Of a DNA stretch of 64,000 nucleotides, positions 35,744 to 46,073 are shown piece after piece (within the stretch, counting starts at the first letter, position 1; every line of letters starts with the position of its first letter). The stretch lies in assembly GCA_041641295.1 (NCBI GenBank), contig JBEPYO010000001.1:602776-666775 (forward strand). Direction: 5' to 3'. Made by a program: the position numbers and the translations under genes. The notes below the pieces were generated by a model. That model had not been told where the DNA came from, made no database searches, and was given only the letters and a program-made list of their open reading frames with translations. Origin of the DNA: Nitrososphaerota archaeon. GTDB lineage: Archaea; Thermoproteota; Nitrososphaeria_A; Caldarchaeales; Calditenuaceae.

Positions 35744-36958
35744 TTAACGCCTTGCCGGAGCTGGCTCAACCGCACGAACATTCTCTAGGACCATTTCTAT
35801 CGATTTTGAGAGTTCGGCAAGGCTCTCCACCCTTATCGCCGCTCCCTTGACCTCGGCTGGGCCGAGTACGATGAGTGGGATGCCCTGTAGGGCTATTGTC
35901 TCGGCGAGTATTTGGTTCTCTGAGTTCAGGGGGCCTATTGGCGGTGAGGTGTAGATTGCCGCGGCGCAGTCCCGGGCCTCTTCGAGCGCTCGGTGCACGT
36001 TCTCTGGGCTTATGGGTTGGAAAGCCTGCTCGGCAATAATCACCCCTCCGAGCAGGGCCGCTACACAGTAGTCTATGTCTCCCTTGTGTAGCACGCCTGT
36101 AGAGAACTGGTAGCCTAGCCTGGCGAGCATCCTGTAGACTAGAGCCCCGCTCCCACCACCCGCCACCACGAAAAGTCGCGGCTTATCCTCCGCCCCGGGC
36201 CTAAACTCGACTGACATGAGCTCTGGAGAAAAGGTTAGCTGCCCGTCTAGTCCGTAGAGGTGCATGGGGCCGCCAAGAGCTACGAACTCCTCCGGCGAGT
36301 CGTATAACACGACTCTGCCTCCCGACACGATTAATAGACGGTCAGCCATCCTGAGGGCTAGCTCAACCTCGTGGAGCGAGGCTATGACGGCTATTTCCCT
36401 CTCCCTAGCGACCCGCTTAATCGTTAGAAGTATCTCCACCCTCGCCTTCGGGTCGAGGTAGGTTACTGGCTCATCGAGTATGAGGACTTTGGGCTCCTGA
36501 GCCAAGGCCCTCGCTATCATCACCTTCTGCCTCTGCCCGTCGCTGAGCTCGCTTAGCCGCCTGTCCGCCAGGTGTTCGATGCCCGCGTCGGCTAGGGCCC
36601 TCCAGACTTCCCTCCTGTCCCTATCGGTTAGAGTGTGTAGCGAGTTGGTGTAGGGGTATCTGCCTAGCGAGACAGCCTCGAAGACTGTGAGCTGCGTCGG
36701 ACGCAATTGTTCAGTGAGCACAGCCCCCACGAGCCGGGCAATCTCCCTCGCACTCATCCTCGCGGCAGCAGCTCCGTCAACATACACCACGCCACCTAGG
36801 GGCTTCATCAGACGAGCAAGTGTTTTCAGGAGCGTAGTCTTTCCAGCCGCGTTAGGGCCTATCACGGCTACAAACTCGCCACCCCTAACCGAGATGTTAA
36901 CCCCGGCTACGACAGGCCTCCCACCATACCCCGCCGACAGGTTGACAGTCTCGATCAA
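35744..36958 (-). CDS. ABC transporter ATP-binding protein (FecE/FepC-like) with a ~150-aa C-terminal extra domain
   Basis: Walker A GPNAAGKTT, signature LSDGQRQ, Walker B LILDEP. The C-terminal 150 aa are outside the ABC fold. Confidence 0.8.
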   Translation of the reverse strand: MIETVNLSAGYGGRPVVAGVNISVRGGEFVAVIGPNAAGKTTLLKTLARLMKPLGGVVYVDGAAAARMSAREIARLVGAVLTEQLRPTQLTVFEAVSLGRYPYTNSLHTLTDRDRREVWRALADAGIEHLADRRLSELSDGQRQKVMIARALAQEPKVLILDEPVTYLDPKARVEILLTIKRVAREREIAVIASLHEVELALRMADRLLIVSGGRVVLYDSPEEFVALGGPMHLYGLDGQLTFSPELMSVEFRPGAEDKPRLFVVAGGGSGALVYRMLARLGYQFSTGVLHKGDIDYCVAALLGGVIIAEQAFQPISPENVHRALEEARDCAAAIYTSPPIGPLNSENQILAETIALQGIPLIVLGPAEVKGAAIRVESLAELSKSIEMVLENVRAVEPAPARR

Positions 36959-38022
36959 ACCTGTACACCTCGTCCTTTTAGGAGGAGGTAGATTACCAAG
37001 GGCGCGCCGAAGAGTGCTGTTACCGCTGTTATCGGTATCTCGATTGGTTTGAAGGCGAGGCGTGAGAGTAGGTCGGCGGCTGCGGCGAGGGTTGAGCCGA
37101 GGAGGGCTGATGCGGGGATGATTGTGAAGTGGTTTGATGTTCGTGTGAGCTGACGGGCTAAGTAGGGTGCTGAGAGGCCGATGAAGCCTACTGAGCCGGC
37201 TATGGTCGTGACTATCGAGACCGGTAGGGCTGCTGCTGCGACTATAAACATCCTCGCCCTATTCAGGTTCATCCCCATACTCCTCGCATAATCCTCACCC
37301 AAGAGAAGGGCGTTCAGAGGCTTGCAGAGAAATATCGTCGCAAATAGGAAGACAAGAAGGAGGGGTAGGCCTGGGCTTAAGATGCTCCACCTAGCGCCTG
37401 AGAAGCTCCCCATGATCCAGTATGTGAAGGCCCTGAGTCTCTCGATGTCGGCGAAGATCTGGAGGATGCTGGTTATGGCGTATGCGAGATATGAGAACAT
37501 TATGCCCGCAATAAGTATTGTCGTGGTGGTGCGCACGACTCCGGAGAGGGCGACCATGACTATTACCACTGTGAGGGCTCCTATGAAGGCGGCGGTGTAG
37601 AGGGAGTATGGACTTGTTGGCGTCCAGAGGCCGAGTGTCGCTCCCGTGAAGATTGAGATGGCGAGAAAGAGGCTTGAGCCTGCCGAGACACCCAGTATGT
37701 AGGGGTCGGCCAGCGGATTTCTGAAAAGGGCCTGAAGTATGGCCCCGGCTACTCCTAGGGAAGCTCCACCAAGCATCGCAGCCAGAGTCCTAGGAAGCCT
37801 GATGGATTGGACTATGAGCGACTCCTCGGCTCCGCCACCACCAGCCAAAGCCATCAACGCATCCCACGGATGGATTGCGTAGCCGCCGAGAACTATCGAG
37901 GCGATAAATAGTGGTGCGAGGGGGAGGCAGAGGAGAAGCAGCACCCGCCCTCTCCGCTTGGGCTTAAACTCGGCCGCGACACCCAACTCTGTCAAAACCT
38001 TCCGGCTCAATAGTCTCACCAC
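36955..38022 (-). CDS. FecCD/BtuC-family ABC permease
   Basis: Polytopic membrane protein with a 4-nt overlap with the ATPase gene. Confidence 0.8.
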   Translation of the reverse strand: MVRLLSRKVLTELGVAAEFKPKRRGRVLLLLCLPLAPLFIASIVLGGYAIHPWDALMALAGGGGAEESLIVQSIRLPRTLAAMLGGASLGVAGAILQALFRNPLADPYILGVSAGSSLFLAISIFTGATLGLWTPTSPYSLYTAAFIGALTVVIVMVALSGVVRTTTTILIAGIMFSYLAYAITSILQIFADIERLRAFTYWIMGSFSGARWSILSPGLPLLLVFLFATIFLCKPLNALLLGEDYARSMGMNLNRARMFIVAAAALPVSIVTTIAGSVGFIGLSAPYLARQLTRTSNHFTIIPASALLGSTLAAAADLLSRLAFKPIEIPITAVTALFGAPLVIYLLLKGRGVQV

Positions 38023-38024
38023 CC

Positions 38025-39287
38025 TCAGCCTCCCAGCCTCACGAAGTACCTCGCCTCACCACCCGGGTATAGGTTTGGGTAGAGTATGATTGCCAGGCTC
38101 CTAACCCAGCCCTCGGTGTCGTAGTATCCCAGCTGGTATACAGTGGGAGAGTAGGCGTATACTCGCCCCTCCCTGAATGCCTTGATCTCCTTTAATTCGG
38201 GCGCCTCGGACAGGATGTCTGAGAGAGAGGAGACGAAACTGGTCGGATAGACTACGACATCCGCGTCCCTACACCTTGACAGCACCTCTTCGATGTTGAC
38301 CGTGACGCTGCCAGTCGACCTAATATCGGAGAAGGCATACCTAGCACCAAGCATCCTCAGAGCATTGGCTGGGAAGGACTCTCCACCTGCAACATACACG
38401 GTCCCCCTGTAGACCATGAGCCAGCACACGAGCGGGGCACCGAGCCCAGACCTCTGAATATCGTTGACGACGCCACCAACCTCCCTCTCAGCCTCCGCGA
38501 ATACTTTGTATGCCTCCTCGTCTAAGTCGAAGAATGTTGCTATCAGTTTGATCCATTCGAAGCGGCCTAGAGGGCTAGTCTCTAGGTATTCGTTGTCTAC
38601 CACGTATGGTATTTTGAGCTCGTCCAGCCGCTGGGGCAGGTCTGAGCCGGGGAAGGTGTAGATGATGACTAGGTCGGGCTTGAGGGCTATGAGCTCCTCG
38701 AAGTTGGGAGAGTAGTCTGGCCCAACATCCTTTATCACGCCCCTCGAGAGCCGCTCCGCCACCTCCTCAAAATACCATTCATACTGCCCACCCCACATGA
38801 TGCCCACAACCTTGTCAAGTATCCACGGCGCAAACTCTCTGAGCCGCTCAACCAGTGCCACATGCGTGGCAGACATGAGGACAACCCTCTCTACAGGAGT
38901 GTAGACGACCACACCGCTTATGTCCGCGGGCGGCTCGCGGCCACGGGGCACCAGTATTAGCGTCCTATTCAGAGCGTCCCGGACAACCTTATACCCCTCA
39001 AACAGCTTTATCTCAAAAAGCTTAGAGTACTTGACCTCTAGCTCGAGTGGGAGGCGCGGTAGTTGACGAGTCGTTTCAGTCAGCCTGAGAGTAGTTGTTG
39101 CGGTCCACGTGGTCGTCCTTTCTATGGGGACTGTGGTGGTGTAGGCCTCTGTTCTGGTCTGAGTGATGGTGAGAGTGCTGGTGCGTGGGGGAATTATCGG
39201 TGTGGAGGCGGCGACCACTAGACCTGCTATGAACCCTATGACGAGCAAGGCTGTGATTATCGGTATGGTTCTTCGCTCCAGAGACAT
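38025..39287 (-). CDS. Periplasmic-binding-protein-type (FepB/BtuF-like) substrate-binding protein with an N-terminal TM helix and a Thr-rich linker
   Basis: Signal anchor, TTTxT linker and a class III SBP-like fold pattern. Confidence 0.7.
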   Translation of the reverse strand: MSLERRTIPIITALLVIGFIAGLVVAASTPIIPPRTSTLTITQTRTEAYTTTVPIERTTTWTATTTLRLTETTRQLPRLPLELEVKYSKLFEIKLFEGYKVVRDALNRTLILVPRGREPPADISGVVVYTPVERVVLMSATHVALVERLREFAPWILDKVVGIMWGGQYEWYFEEVAERLSRGVIKDVGPDYSPNFEELIALKPDLVIIYTFPGSDLPQRLDELKIPYVVDNEYLETSPLGRFEWIKLIATFFDLDEEAYKVFAEAEREVGGVVNDIQRSGLGAPLVCWLMVYRGTVYVAGGESFPANALRMLGARYAFSDIRSTGSVTVNIEEVLSRCRDADVVVYPTSFVSSLSDILSEAPELKEIKAFREGRVYAYSPTVYQLGYYDTEGWVRSLAIILYPNLYPGGEARYFVRLGG

Positions 39288-39337
39288 TGGATGGATATTC
39301 CATCCAACGGTATTTAAATCTACCCTCTCAAATACCC

Positions 39338-39550
39338 CTACGACCCACTCCCAAGCCGCTCCCTAAGCCGGCCAATCTCCCTACGAACCCTATCAAGCCT
39401 AGCCTCCAATCGTGAAACCCTGTCACCCTCCGAGAACTCGCCAAGAATCCTCTCAGCATACATGAGATCCTCCGGGGTAACGGCTATACGCCTCGGGGGG
39501 CGACCAGTCCTAAGCAGTCGTAAAAGCCATCTCAGCACCATCGAGACCAC
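39338..39550 (-). CDS. Small hypothetical ORF (70 aa)
   Basis: ORF only; doubtful. Confidence 0.2.
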   Translation of the reverse strand: MVSMVLRWLLRLLRTGRPPRRIAVTPEDLMYAERILGEFSEGDRVSRLEARLDRVRREIGRLRERLGSGS

Positions 39551-39676
39551 GCCTCTGATGCAGGTTATGATGGTTCTCCAGCCCTATTAAAACTGGGCTT
39601 GAAGCCTAGGGACCCGGCTATCCTTAGGGAATACCTAGAGTCTGATGGTCTAAGCCTTAGGTAACACACTTATGGG

Positions 39677-40393
39677 ATGGCTAGGCAGCGGGCTTGTGGG
39701 AGGATGTTGGAGGGTAGTAGGGATCTCGAGGCTGTTGTCAGGGTGGCTGTTGAGAGGGTTACTGGCCTTGGCCGTGGAGTCGTCCTAGGGCTTGGAAGCG
39801 GGAGGACAGCGGCAGCCTTCATCAAGTCGCTGGCCGCATCTGGAGGGGCTCGGACAGTTGAGGCCGTGATTCCGACCTCACTTCAGGCGGAGGCGGCGGC
39901 ATCGGAGAACGGCTTCAGGATTGGAAGCCTCTACAACTACGAGGACCTAGACATCTACGTCGACAGTTTCGACCAATGCAGTCTCGCAGGCGACCTAGTT
40001 AAGGGGATGGGTGGAGCCTTGGCCAGGGAGAAGCTGCTGATGAGGCTGGCTAGGTTCGTCCTCTTGATAGGGACTGAGGAGAAGCTGGCCGAGAAGCTTT
40101 CTGCACCGATACCGCTTGAGACCATACCATACGCTGCACCCACACTGCCGAGGCTGCTGCGAGGTAAGGGGTGGAGTGTGAGGGCCAAGATCTCCGAAGG
40201 AAAGGCCGGCCCGGTCGTGACTGATAATGGAAACGTCTTAATGCTTGTTGAGGTTGGCGTGGTGGATGACCCGCCCCTCCTTGAGAGGGAGTTGAAGATG
40301 ATTCCCGGAGTTGTAGAGGTTGGTGTCTTCCCAAACAGGGGGTATAAGGTCATTATAGGGATGAGAGACGGCACAATTAGGGAAATAACATAG
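39677..40393 (+). CDS. rpiA: Ribose-5-phosphate isomerase A
   Basis: GLGSGRTAAAF and DSFDQ...KGMGGALAREK motifs. Confidence 0.8.
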   Translation: MARQRACGRMLEGSRDLEAVVRVAVERVTGLGRGVVLGLGSGRTAAAFIKSLAASGGARTVEAVIPTSLQAEAAASENGFRIGSLYNYEDLDIYVDSFDQCSLAGDLVKGMGGALAREKLLMRLARFVLLIGTEEKLAEKLSAPIPLETIPYAAPTLPRLLRGKGWSVRAKISEGKAGPVVTDNGNVLMLVEVGVVDDPPLLERELKMIPGVVEVGVFPNRGYKVIIGMRDGTIREIT

Positions 40394-40541
40394 GAGGACC
40401 TGCCCGCCGCAGCCAGCCACTCCCAACAACCCCCTACCCGGCACCCCCAGAGACTGTTAAAACGGTCAGAAACAGTCATGAACCACGATACGCAGGATTC
40501 TAATTTAGGAAGGCTTTTACCCCCCACAGCAGTCGTTCACA

Positions 40542-41390
40542 GTGATGATCAGCCACAAGATCCAGCTTCCCGCCACACTCCTCACCCTCATGCTCCTAAT
40601 CGCCACGGGGGTGTTTTCCCATGTGGCAGCCGCACAGGAGGAGCAGGAGGAGACGGAAGATCTGCCGCTCGGACTCCAGCTAACCGAGACACTACACACG
40701 ATAATAGAGGAGCACAAGCAGGCAATTCAGAACGTGATACTGGAGTTCAAGCTGGAGCATGAGGAGTTGATAGAGAATAAGACAGAGCTGATCAGGAGCT
40801 TTATCGAGGCGAGGTTTAACAGGACCTTAGAGATAAAGGAGGCCATACGGGAGCTTAACATGCTATACGCGGCGGGGAACATTACGCGGGAGGAATACTT
40901 GGCGAGGCTCAGCATGTTGAGGAGCGAGTTAAAGGCATTGGCAAAGTCATCGGAGAAGCTCGGCAAACTCCTCCACGAATTTGCGTCGGAGATGAAGGAG
41001 ATTGTTAAGGAGAAGGTCGAGAGGCTGAGGGAGATTAACAGGGAGTTTGGGAAGAGGGTCTCGGAGGAGGCGAGAGAGATAGGGAAACGAATGAGAGATG
41101 AGCTGAGAAGAGGAGAGGAGTCAAACACAACAACTACCACAACAACCCCCCAACCCCCGAGTAGTGAGAATAGAGGGCGGGGTAGGGGCGGCCCCCACTC
41201 CTCTAATACAACAGCCACACAGACAGAAGAGGTCGAGGGGCAGCATAGAGGTAATGGGCATGAAAACCGGGGAAGAGGCCATGCATCAACTTCGACATAC
41301 ACCACCGCCGTAGACGTTGATGAAGAGGAGGGTAGGGGTAGAGGAGAGGGGCGGGGACGATCCTCCAGCGAGAGGATGGGAGGAAGATAG
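40542..41390 (+). CDS. Secreted coiled-coil protein with a Thr-rich and RG-repeat C-terminus
   Basis: Signal peptide, long heptad-like helical region, and TTTTTTTP / GRGRG low complexity. Confidence 0.45.
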   Translation: MMISHKIQLPATLLTLMLLIATGVFSHVAAAQEEQEETEDLPLGLQLTETLHTIIEEHKQAIQNVILEFKLEHEELIENKTELIRSFIEARFNRTLEIKEAIRELNMLYAAGNITREEYLARLSMLRSELKALAKSSEKLGKLLHEFASEMKEIVKEKVERLREINREFGKRVSEEAREIGKRMRDELRRGEESNTTTTTTTPQPPSSENRGRGRGGPHSSNTTATQTEEVEGQHRGNGHENRGRGHASTSTYTTAVDVDEEEGRGRGEGRGRSSSERMGGR

Positions 41391-41478
41391 TCGGAATACA
41401 GAAACGCGGCGGCACGAAACAATTATGTGATGCCGATAGGATGGATAGTCATCGCCAGCCAAACTGCAGGGGATAGGA

Positions 41479-42348
41479 ATGCTGTGGATTATTGCGCTTG
41501 CAATGGCCTTAGCGCTGCCCTCCTACACCGTGTATCACATAACCATTCTCCCCGACGGCTCCGCCGTCTGGGTTATCGAGCACAGATTCCCCCTCTCTAC
41601 GGCTGATGAGATTGAGATATTCAAGAATATGGTGTCCCACCCCGAGAACCTCACCGCCGACTACGAATCGAGAATCGAAGCCATAGTCGCTGACACCTCT
41701 CGGGTTCTTGGACGTGGCATGTCAATTGAAGGCTTCAGGGTGGGAGTGGATACAGTTGAGACCGTGAGCGGTAGGATGGGGCTTATCAGGATTGAATTTA
41801 CTTGGCGGGGCTTCGGGAAAACAACACCCACAGGCGCGGTTGAGCTGGGAGACGTCTTCATAGGCGGCTTCTACCTATCCGAGGGCGAGACCCTCAGAGT
41901 CAAGATTCCTGCATCATTCGAAGTGGCTGAGGCCAGACCAGCGCCAGATAGCCGGGGGGCCGACTATGTCGAGTGGCGGGGAAAGATAGTCTTCACAGAC
42001 GGAGAGCCCCGACTCGTGATAAAGCCCACCACCGCTCAGCCTCCAGCCCCAACCCTGCTATGGGGCGAGCCTACCTTACTCTATGTGGCAGGCGGGGCAG
42101 CAGCCTCGATCCCAGTACTATATGCGGCCTATAGGTTGAGGGGTAGGAGGAGGCCGAGGGAGAGCGAGCTGGACATGGTGATCAGAATCATTAAGAAGCA
42201 TGGTGGCGTGGTTTACCAGTCCCAGATTGTGCGGGAGAGCGGCCTGTCAAAATCCACTGTCAGCACAATTCTCAAGATGTTGGAGTCTGAGGGCAGGGTT
42301 ACGCGGGTGAGGGAGGGCAGGGAAAACATAGTCAGGCTTATGCGGTAA
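41479..42348 (+). CDS. Membrane protein with an extracytoplasmic domain, a TM helix and a C-terminal winged-helix DNA-binding domain
   Basis: Signal peptide. A C-terminal MarR-like wH: IIKKHGGVVYQSQIVRESGLSKSTVSTILKMLESEGRVTRV. Confidence 0.5.
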   Translation: MLWIIALAMALALPSYTVYHITILPDGSAVWVIEHRFPLSTADEIEIFKNMVSHPENLTADYESRIEAIVADTSRVLGRGMSIEGFRVGVDTVETVSGRMGLIRIEFTWRGFGKTTPTGAVELGDVFIGGFYLSEGETLRVKIPASFEVAEARPAPDSRGADYVEWRGKIVFTDGEPRLVIKPTTAQPPAPTLLWGEPTLLYVAGGAAASIPVLYAAYRLRGRRRPRESELDMVIRIIKKHGGVVYQSQIVRESGLSKSTVSTILKMLESEGRVTRVREGRENIVRLMR

Positions 42349-42414
42349 GAGAGAAGATGCTTCGGCGCTAGCATTTATTCTAGAACTCCCTGCTCTGATG
42401 AGAGTGATTGAGGT

Positions 42415-43854
42415 ATGGCTTTCCGACTCGGCAGGCTTAGGGGCGAGATGCCGCGGGATGTCGCCGAGTACACATCGTCTCTCAAATTTGACCGAGAGAT
42501 TTACGGCGAAGTTATTGTGATAAATGCCGTTCATCTCAAGTTGCTGGCGAGGCTCGGCCACCTCAGCGGCGACGCACTGACAAGGGGGCTCGCAGCCCTC
42601 AGGGAGGCTTATGACAACCCGTTGGAGATGGAGGATCCGAGCCTCGAAGATGTCCACATGGTTGTCGAGGACTATCTCGTCAAGACTGTACCTGAGGCCG
42701 GCGAGAACCTCGCCCTCGGCAAGAGCAGGAATGACTCGGTTGCAACAGCCATTAGGATGAGGGCTAAGTCTTGGGCTTTGACTTTGATGGAGTCGTCGCT
42801 AGGGCTTGTTGAGGCCCTTCTGGTGAGGGCGTATGGCGAGGCAGAGACAGTCTACCCGGCAACAACTCACCAGCAGACGGCAGCACCCGCAACCTTCGGC
42901 TTCACACTCACACACTATGCCTCTAGGCTATTATCAGCCCTCGGAAGCCTAGCTAAGGCCTACGAGGAGCTGGACCAATGCCCCCAAGGCGCGGCAGCCT
43001 GCTGCGGCTCCACCCTACCAATAGACAGAAGGTGGCTTGCGGAGCAGCTAGGCTTTAAGCGGGTTCTGGAGCACGCACTCGACGCGTCCTCTAGCCGCGA
43101 CTTCGCCGTCGACATTCTCTCGGCAGTGCTGAAGCTCCTCGTAGTTGTATCAGATATGGCCGAGTGGCTGATACACGACTTCACGCTGGGGTTGCTGGAC
43201 ATGGGAGACGAGTTTTGCTCGACCAGTAGCATAATGCCCCAGAAGAGGAATCCAGTTGTCCTCGAGGTTGCGCGAACTAAGGTGTCTGAGGCGCTGGGTG
43301 AGGTTGTCAGGGTCTCTTCAATGATTCAGAGGAGGGTGGGGGGCTATGTCCTCGACCTGCAGCAGGTTACTCCCTCAATCTGGAGGCTGCTCGGGGAGGC
43401 GGAGAGCACCATGAGGGTGCTGTCCAAGCTTGTGGGGACGCTGAGTGTCGACGCGGAGGCCGCTCTTAAGAGGTGTGGGATGGAGGCGGGGATGGTGGAG
43501 CTCGCAAACTACTTGACCTTGAAGTATGGCGTCGGCTTTAGGCGGGCCCACAGGGTCTGTGGCAGGATTGCGCGGATGCTCGCAGAGGGAAGCCTCACAG
43601 AGGAGGCTCTATGGCGAGTGTTTGAAGAAGAGGGGATACCTGCTAAGCTCACCCTAGAGGAGGTTTCCAAGATCCTTGACCCGCGCACGATTGTATCCAA
43701 CTACGCCACCCTCGGGTCTGCTAACCCCAGCGAGGTTAGGAGGATGGTTGAGGAGATGGGGCGTAGAGTGGAAGAACTTAGGACATGGGTCTCGGAGAAA
43801 AGGAGAGTGCTCGAGGCTGTGGTGGAGAAGACCTTTAACGCTCAGGCCCTTTAG
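42415..43854 (+). CDS. argH: Argininosuccinate lyase
   Basis: Fumarase/aspartase family signature GSSIMPQKRNP. Confidence 0.9.
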   Translation: MAFRLGRLRGEMPRDVAEYTSSLKFDREIYGEVIVINAVHLKLLARLGHLSGDALTRGLAALREAYDNPLEMEDPSLEDVHMVVEDYLVKTVPEAGENLALGKSRNDSVATAIRMRAKSWALTLMESSLGLVEALLVRAYGEAETVYPATTHQQTAAPATFGFTLTHYASRLLSALGSLAKAYEELDQCPQGAAACCGSTLPIDRRWLAEQLGFKRVLEHALDASSSRDFAVDILSAVLKLLVVVSDMAEWLIHDFTLGLLDMGDEFCSTSSIMPQKRNPVVLEVARTKVSEALGEVVRVSSMIQRRVGGYVLDLQQVTPSIWRLLGEAESTMRVLSKLVGTLSVDAEAALKRCGMEAGMVELANYLTLKYGVGFRRAHRVCGRIARMLAEGSLTEEALWRVFEEEGIPAKLTLEEVSKILDPRTIVSNYATLGSANPSEVRRMVEEMGRRVEELRTWVSEKRRVLEAVVEKTFNAQAL

Positions 43855-44902
43855 AGGTTGTACCGAGGAACTCTTCCACGGCCCCAGCTATTACTTTGGC
43901 GGCGAATTCAAGCTCCGATATGCTTACCGCCTCCTCAGACGTGTGTGCTAGGAGGGAGTTTCCGGGACCGTAGGCAGCTATGTTTCGCGTAAGCCTGTAT
44001 AGTATGTTCATGTCGCTTGCACCCGTCTTCTTCAGTATTCGCGGCTTTCCACCCTGCCTTAGGATTGAGCGGGTGAGCGCCCTGACGATTGGTGAGGAGA
44101 GCCGGGTCTCGACTGGCTCCGTCAGGTCCAGCACCTCCATCCTGCAGCGGTGAAGAGTGACGGCAGCCTCAACTCTCTCCAGTATCGCGGAGGCCTCGAC
44201 GCCAGGCGGGTATCGGACGTTTACTACTGCCTCAGCGGCCTCGGGGAGCTTGGTAGGCCAATCACCTGCGCGTATCATTGTTACGGCGGATGTGGGGTTT
44301 TCGTAGCTTTTCCCCGCGAAGCTCATTCTGATGTCTTGTATCGCGTCGAGTAGCTTGTCCAGTGCCGATTCGCCCATGTATGGGGCTGAGCTGTGGCCGC
44401 CCCTTGCGGTGGCATAGATTTTTACGGTTAGGCTGCCCCTGTAGCTCACCGCTATTCCGTTGCCGCCTGTAGGCTCTCCTATGATGACGCCATCCGGTCT
44501 CAACCCTCTGCCCAGCATCTCCTGCGCCCCTCTACCCTCACCCTCCTCATCAACCAGCCCCGCAACAATCACCGTCGCGGCGTCGGGGTCAATCCTAGCT
44601 TTGGACGCGCCCACGAGCATGGCCGCAAGCGGGCCCTTAGCATCCACAGCACCCCTGCCATAGACCTCCGAGCCCCTCAGACCATACTCCAACTCCCCTG
44701 GAACCGTGTCTACGTGGCCAGCCAGCAATAGCAACCTCGGACCACTCCCCCTCCTAAAAATATAGTTCCCTGCATTGTCTATCTCGAGCGAGTCATAGCC
44801 AAGCCTGCGGGCCAGTACATCCATGGTCTCGGCGAGCCTCCGCTCCATACCGGTCGGAGTGTATTTGCTGAGAAGTTCTAGGAGTACCTCTTCAACCCTC
44901 AA
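43835..44902 (-). CDS. lysK: M20-family deacylase: [LysW]-lysine/ornithine hydrolase (LysK/ArgE)
   Basis: M20 metal-binding motifs (LLLAGHVDTV). The position in the lysW cluster supports the call. Confidence 0.8.
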   Translation of the reverse strand: MRVEEVLLELLSKYTPTGMERRLAETMDVLARRLGYDSLEIDNAGNYIFRRGSGPRLLLLAGHVDTVPGELEYGLRGSEVYGRGAVDAKGPLAAMLVGASKARIDPDAATVIVAGLVDEEGEGRGAQEMLGRGLRPDGVIIGEPTGGNGIAVSYRGSLTVKIYATARGGHSSAPYMGESALDKLLDAIQDIRMSFAGKSYENPTSAVTMIRAGDWPTKLPEAAEAVVNVRYPPGVEASAILERVEAAVTLHRCRMEVLDLTEPVETRLSSPIVRALTRSILRQGGKPRILKKTGASDMNILYRLTRNIAAYGPGNSLLAHTSEEAVSISELEFAAKVIAGAVEEFLGTTSKGPER

Positions 44903-46065
44903 CCAGCGCCACCCCTAGCAGACTGCTGAAGGACCTTTTCCAAGGCAGAGATAGCCACACTAACATCTTCTTCGTTTATCAGGTATGGAGGTAGGAATCT
45001 CACAACAATGAGCCCGGCCCTGAGAGCTAGGACACCCTCCTCCTGGAGACCGGTGATCACGGAGGAGGCCTTCACCTTGAGCTCGACCCCAATCATCAAC
45101 CCCTTACACCTAACCTCCCTCACAACGCCTGAAAACTCAGAGGCCACTTCTCCCAGACGTGAGGCGATAATCCCTCCCATCCTGACAGCCGCCTCCGGAA
45201 CATTCTCACGCTCAAGCGCCTCGACGCCACCGACGACCGCAGCCAACGCTAATGGATTTCCCCCATGCGTCGAGCCATGCTCACCCTCCTCCACCCTCGC
45301 CGCCACCTCTTCCGAGACCGCAACAACGCTGACTGGAAACCCACCGCCAATCGACTTCCCAGCCACCAAGATGTCGGGCCTGACGCCGTGCTCCGTGTGG
45401 CTCCACACGCGACCAGTCCTGCCGAATCCTGCCTGAACCTCGTCAACTATGAGGTAGGCGCCCACCTCCCGACACCTCTCCTCCAAAGCCCTCATGAACT
45501 CGCGCGTGGCTATGTGTATCCCACCCTCGCCTTGGACAGGCTCAACTATCACGGCCGAAACCCTCTCATCAATGGCCCTGAGGGCGTCGACGTTGTTGAA
45601 GGGTAGGAAGAGTGTCTCGCCTGGGAATGGGTCGTAGCCCTGCCTGTATCTCGGGTTGTGCGTTACGCTGAGGGCGGCCATCGTCCTGCCATGGAAGGCT
45701 CCGGTAAAGGAGACGTAGACCTTCCTGCCACTCCGCTTCCTCGCAAGCTTTAAGGCGAGCTCCACCGCTTCGCTGCCACTGTTCATGAAGAATAAGTGTC
45801 CGAGATGGCTTGGCAGTATCCTACCCATACTCTTCAAAGCCTCCTCAAGTATATCAGTATCAAAGATGGGGGGCAGACAGGTTATCGACTCTAGCTGACT
45901 TCTAAGCCTGGCGACAACGTATCTGTTTCTGTGGCCTAGGAACGCGGCTCCATGCCCAGTATGGAGGTCTAGGTATCTCCTCCCCGAAGCATCCCATACA
46001 TACTGCCCCTCAGCCCTAGAGACCTTCAGGCCCCTGGGGGCAGAGAATCTCAGGAGGGCCGGCAT
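44899..46065 (-). CDS. lysJ: Class III aminotransferase: LysJ/ArgD (acetylornithine or LysW-aminoadipate semialdehyde aminotransferase)
   Basis: PLP-dependent AT-III fold motifs. Cluster context supports the call. Confidence 0.8.
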   Translation of the reverse strand: MPALLRFSAPRGLKVSRAEGQYVWDASGRRYLDLHTGHGAAFLGHRNRYVVARLRSQLESITCLPPIFDTDILEEALKSMGRILPSHLGHLFFMNSGSEAVELALKLARKRSGRKVYVSFTGAFHGRTMAALSVTHNPRYRQGYDPFPGETLFLPFNNVDALRAIDERVSAVIVEPVQGEGGIHIATREFMRALEERCREVGAYLIVDEVQAGFGRTGRVWSHTEHGVRPDILVAGKSIGGGFPVSVVAVSEEVAARVEEGEHGSTHGGNPLALAAVVGGVEALERENVPEAAVRMGGIIASRLGEVASEFSGVVREVRCKGLMIGVELKVKASSVITGLQEEGVLALRAGLIVVRFLPPYLINEEDVSVAISALEKVLQQSARGGAG

Positions 46066-46073
46066 AGGGCACT

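Noticed and set aside
39551-39676. Possible C/D-box sRNA (AUGAUGG ... CUGAUGG motifs, repeated CCTAGGG/CCTTAGG)
   Set aside because: Box spacing of about 70 nt is longer than typical archaeal C/D sRNAs, and no clear C'/D' or guide complementarity could be established by eye.
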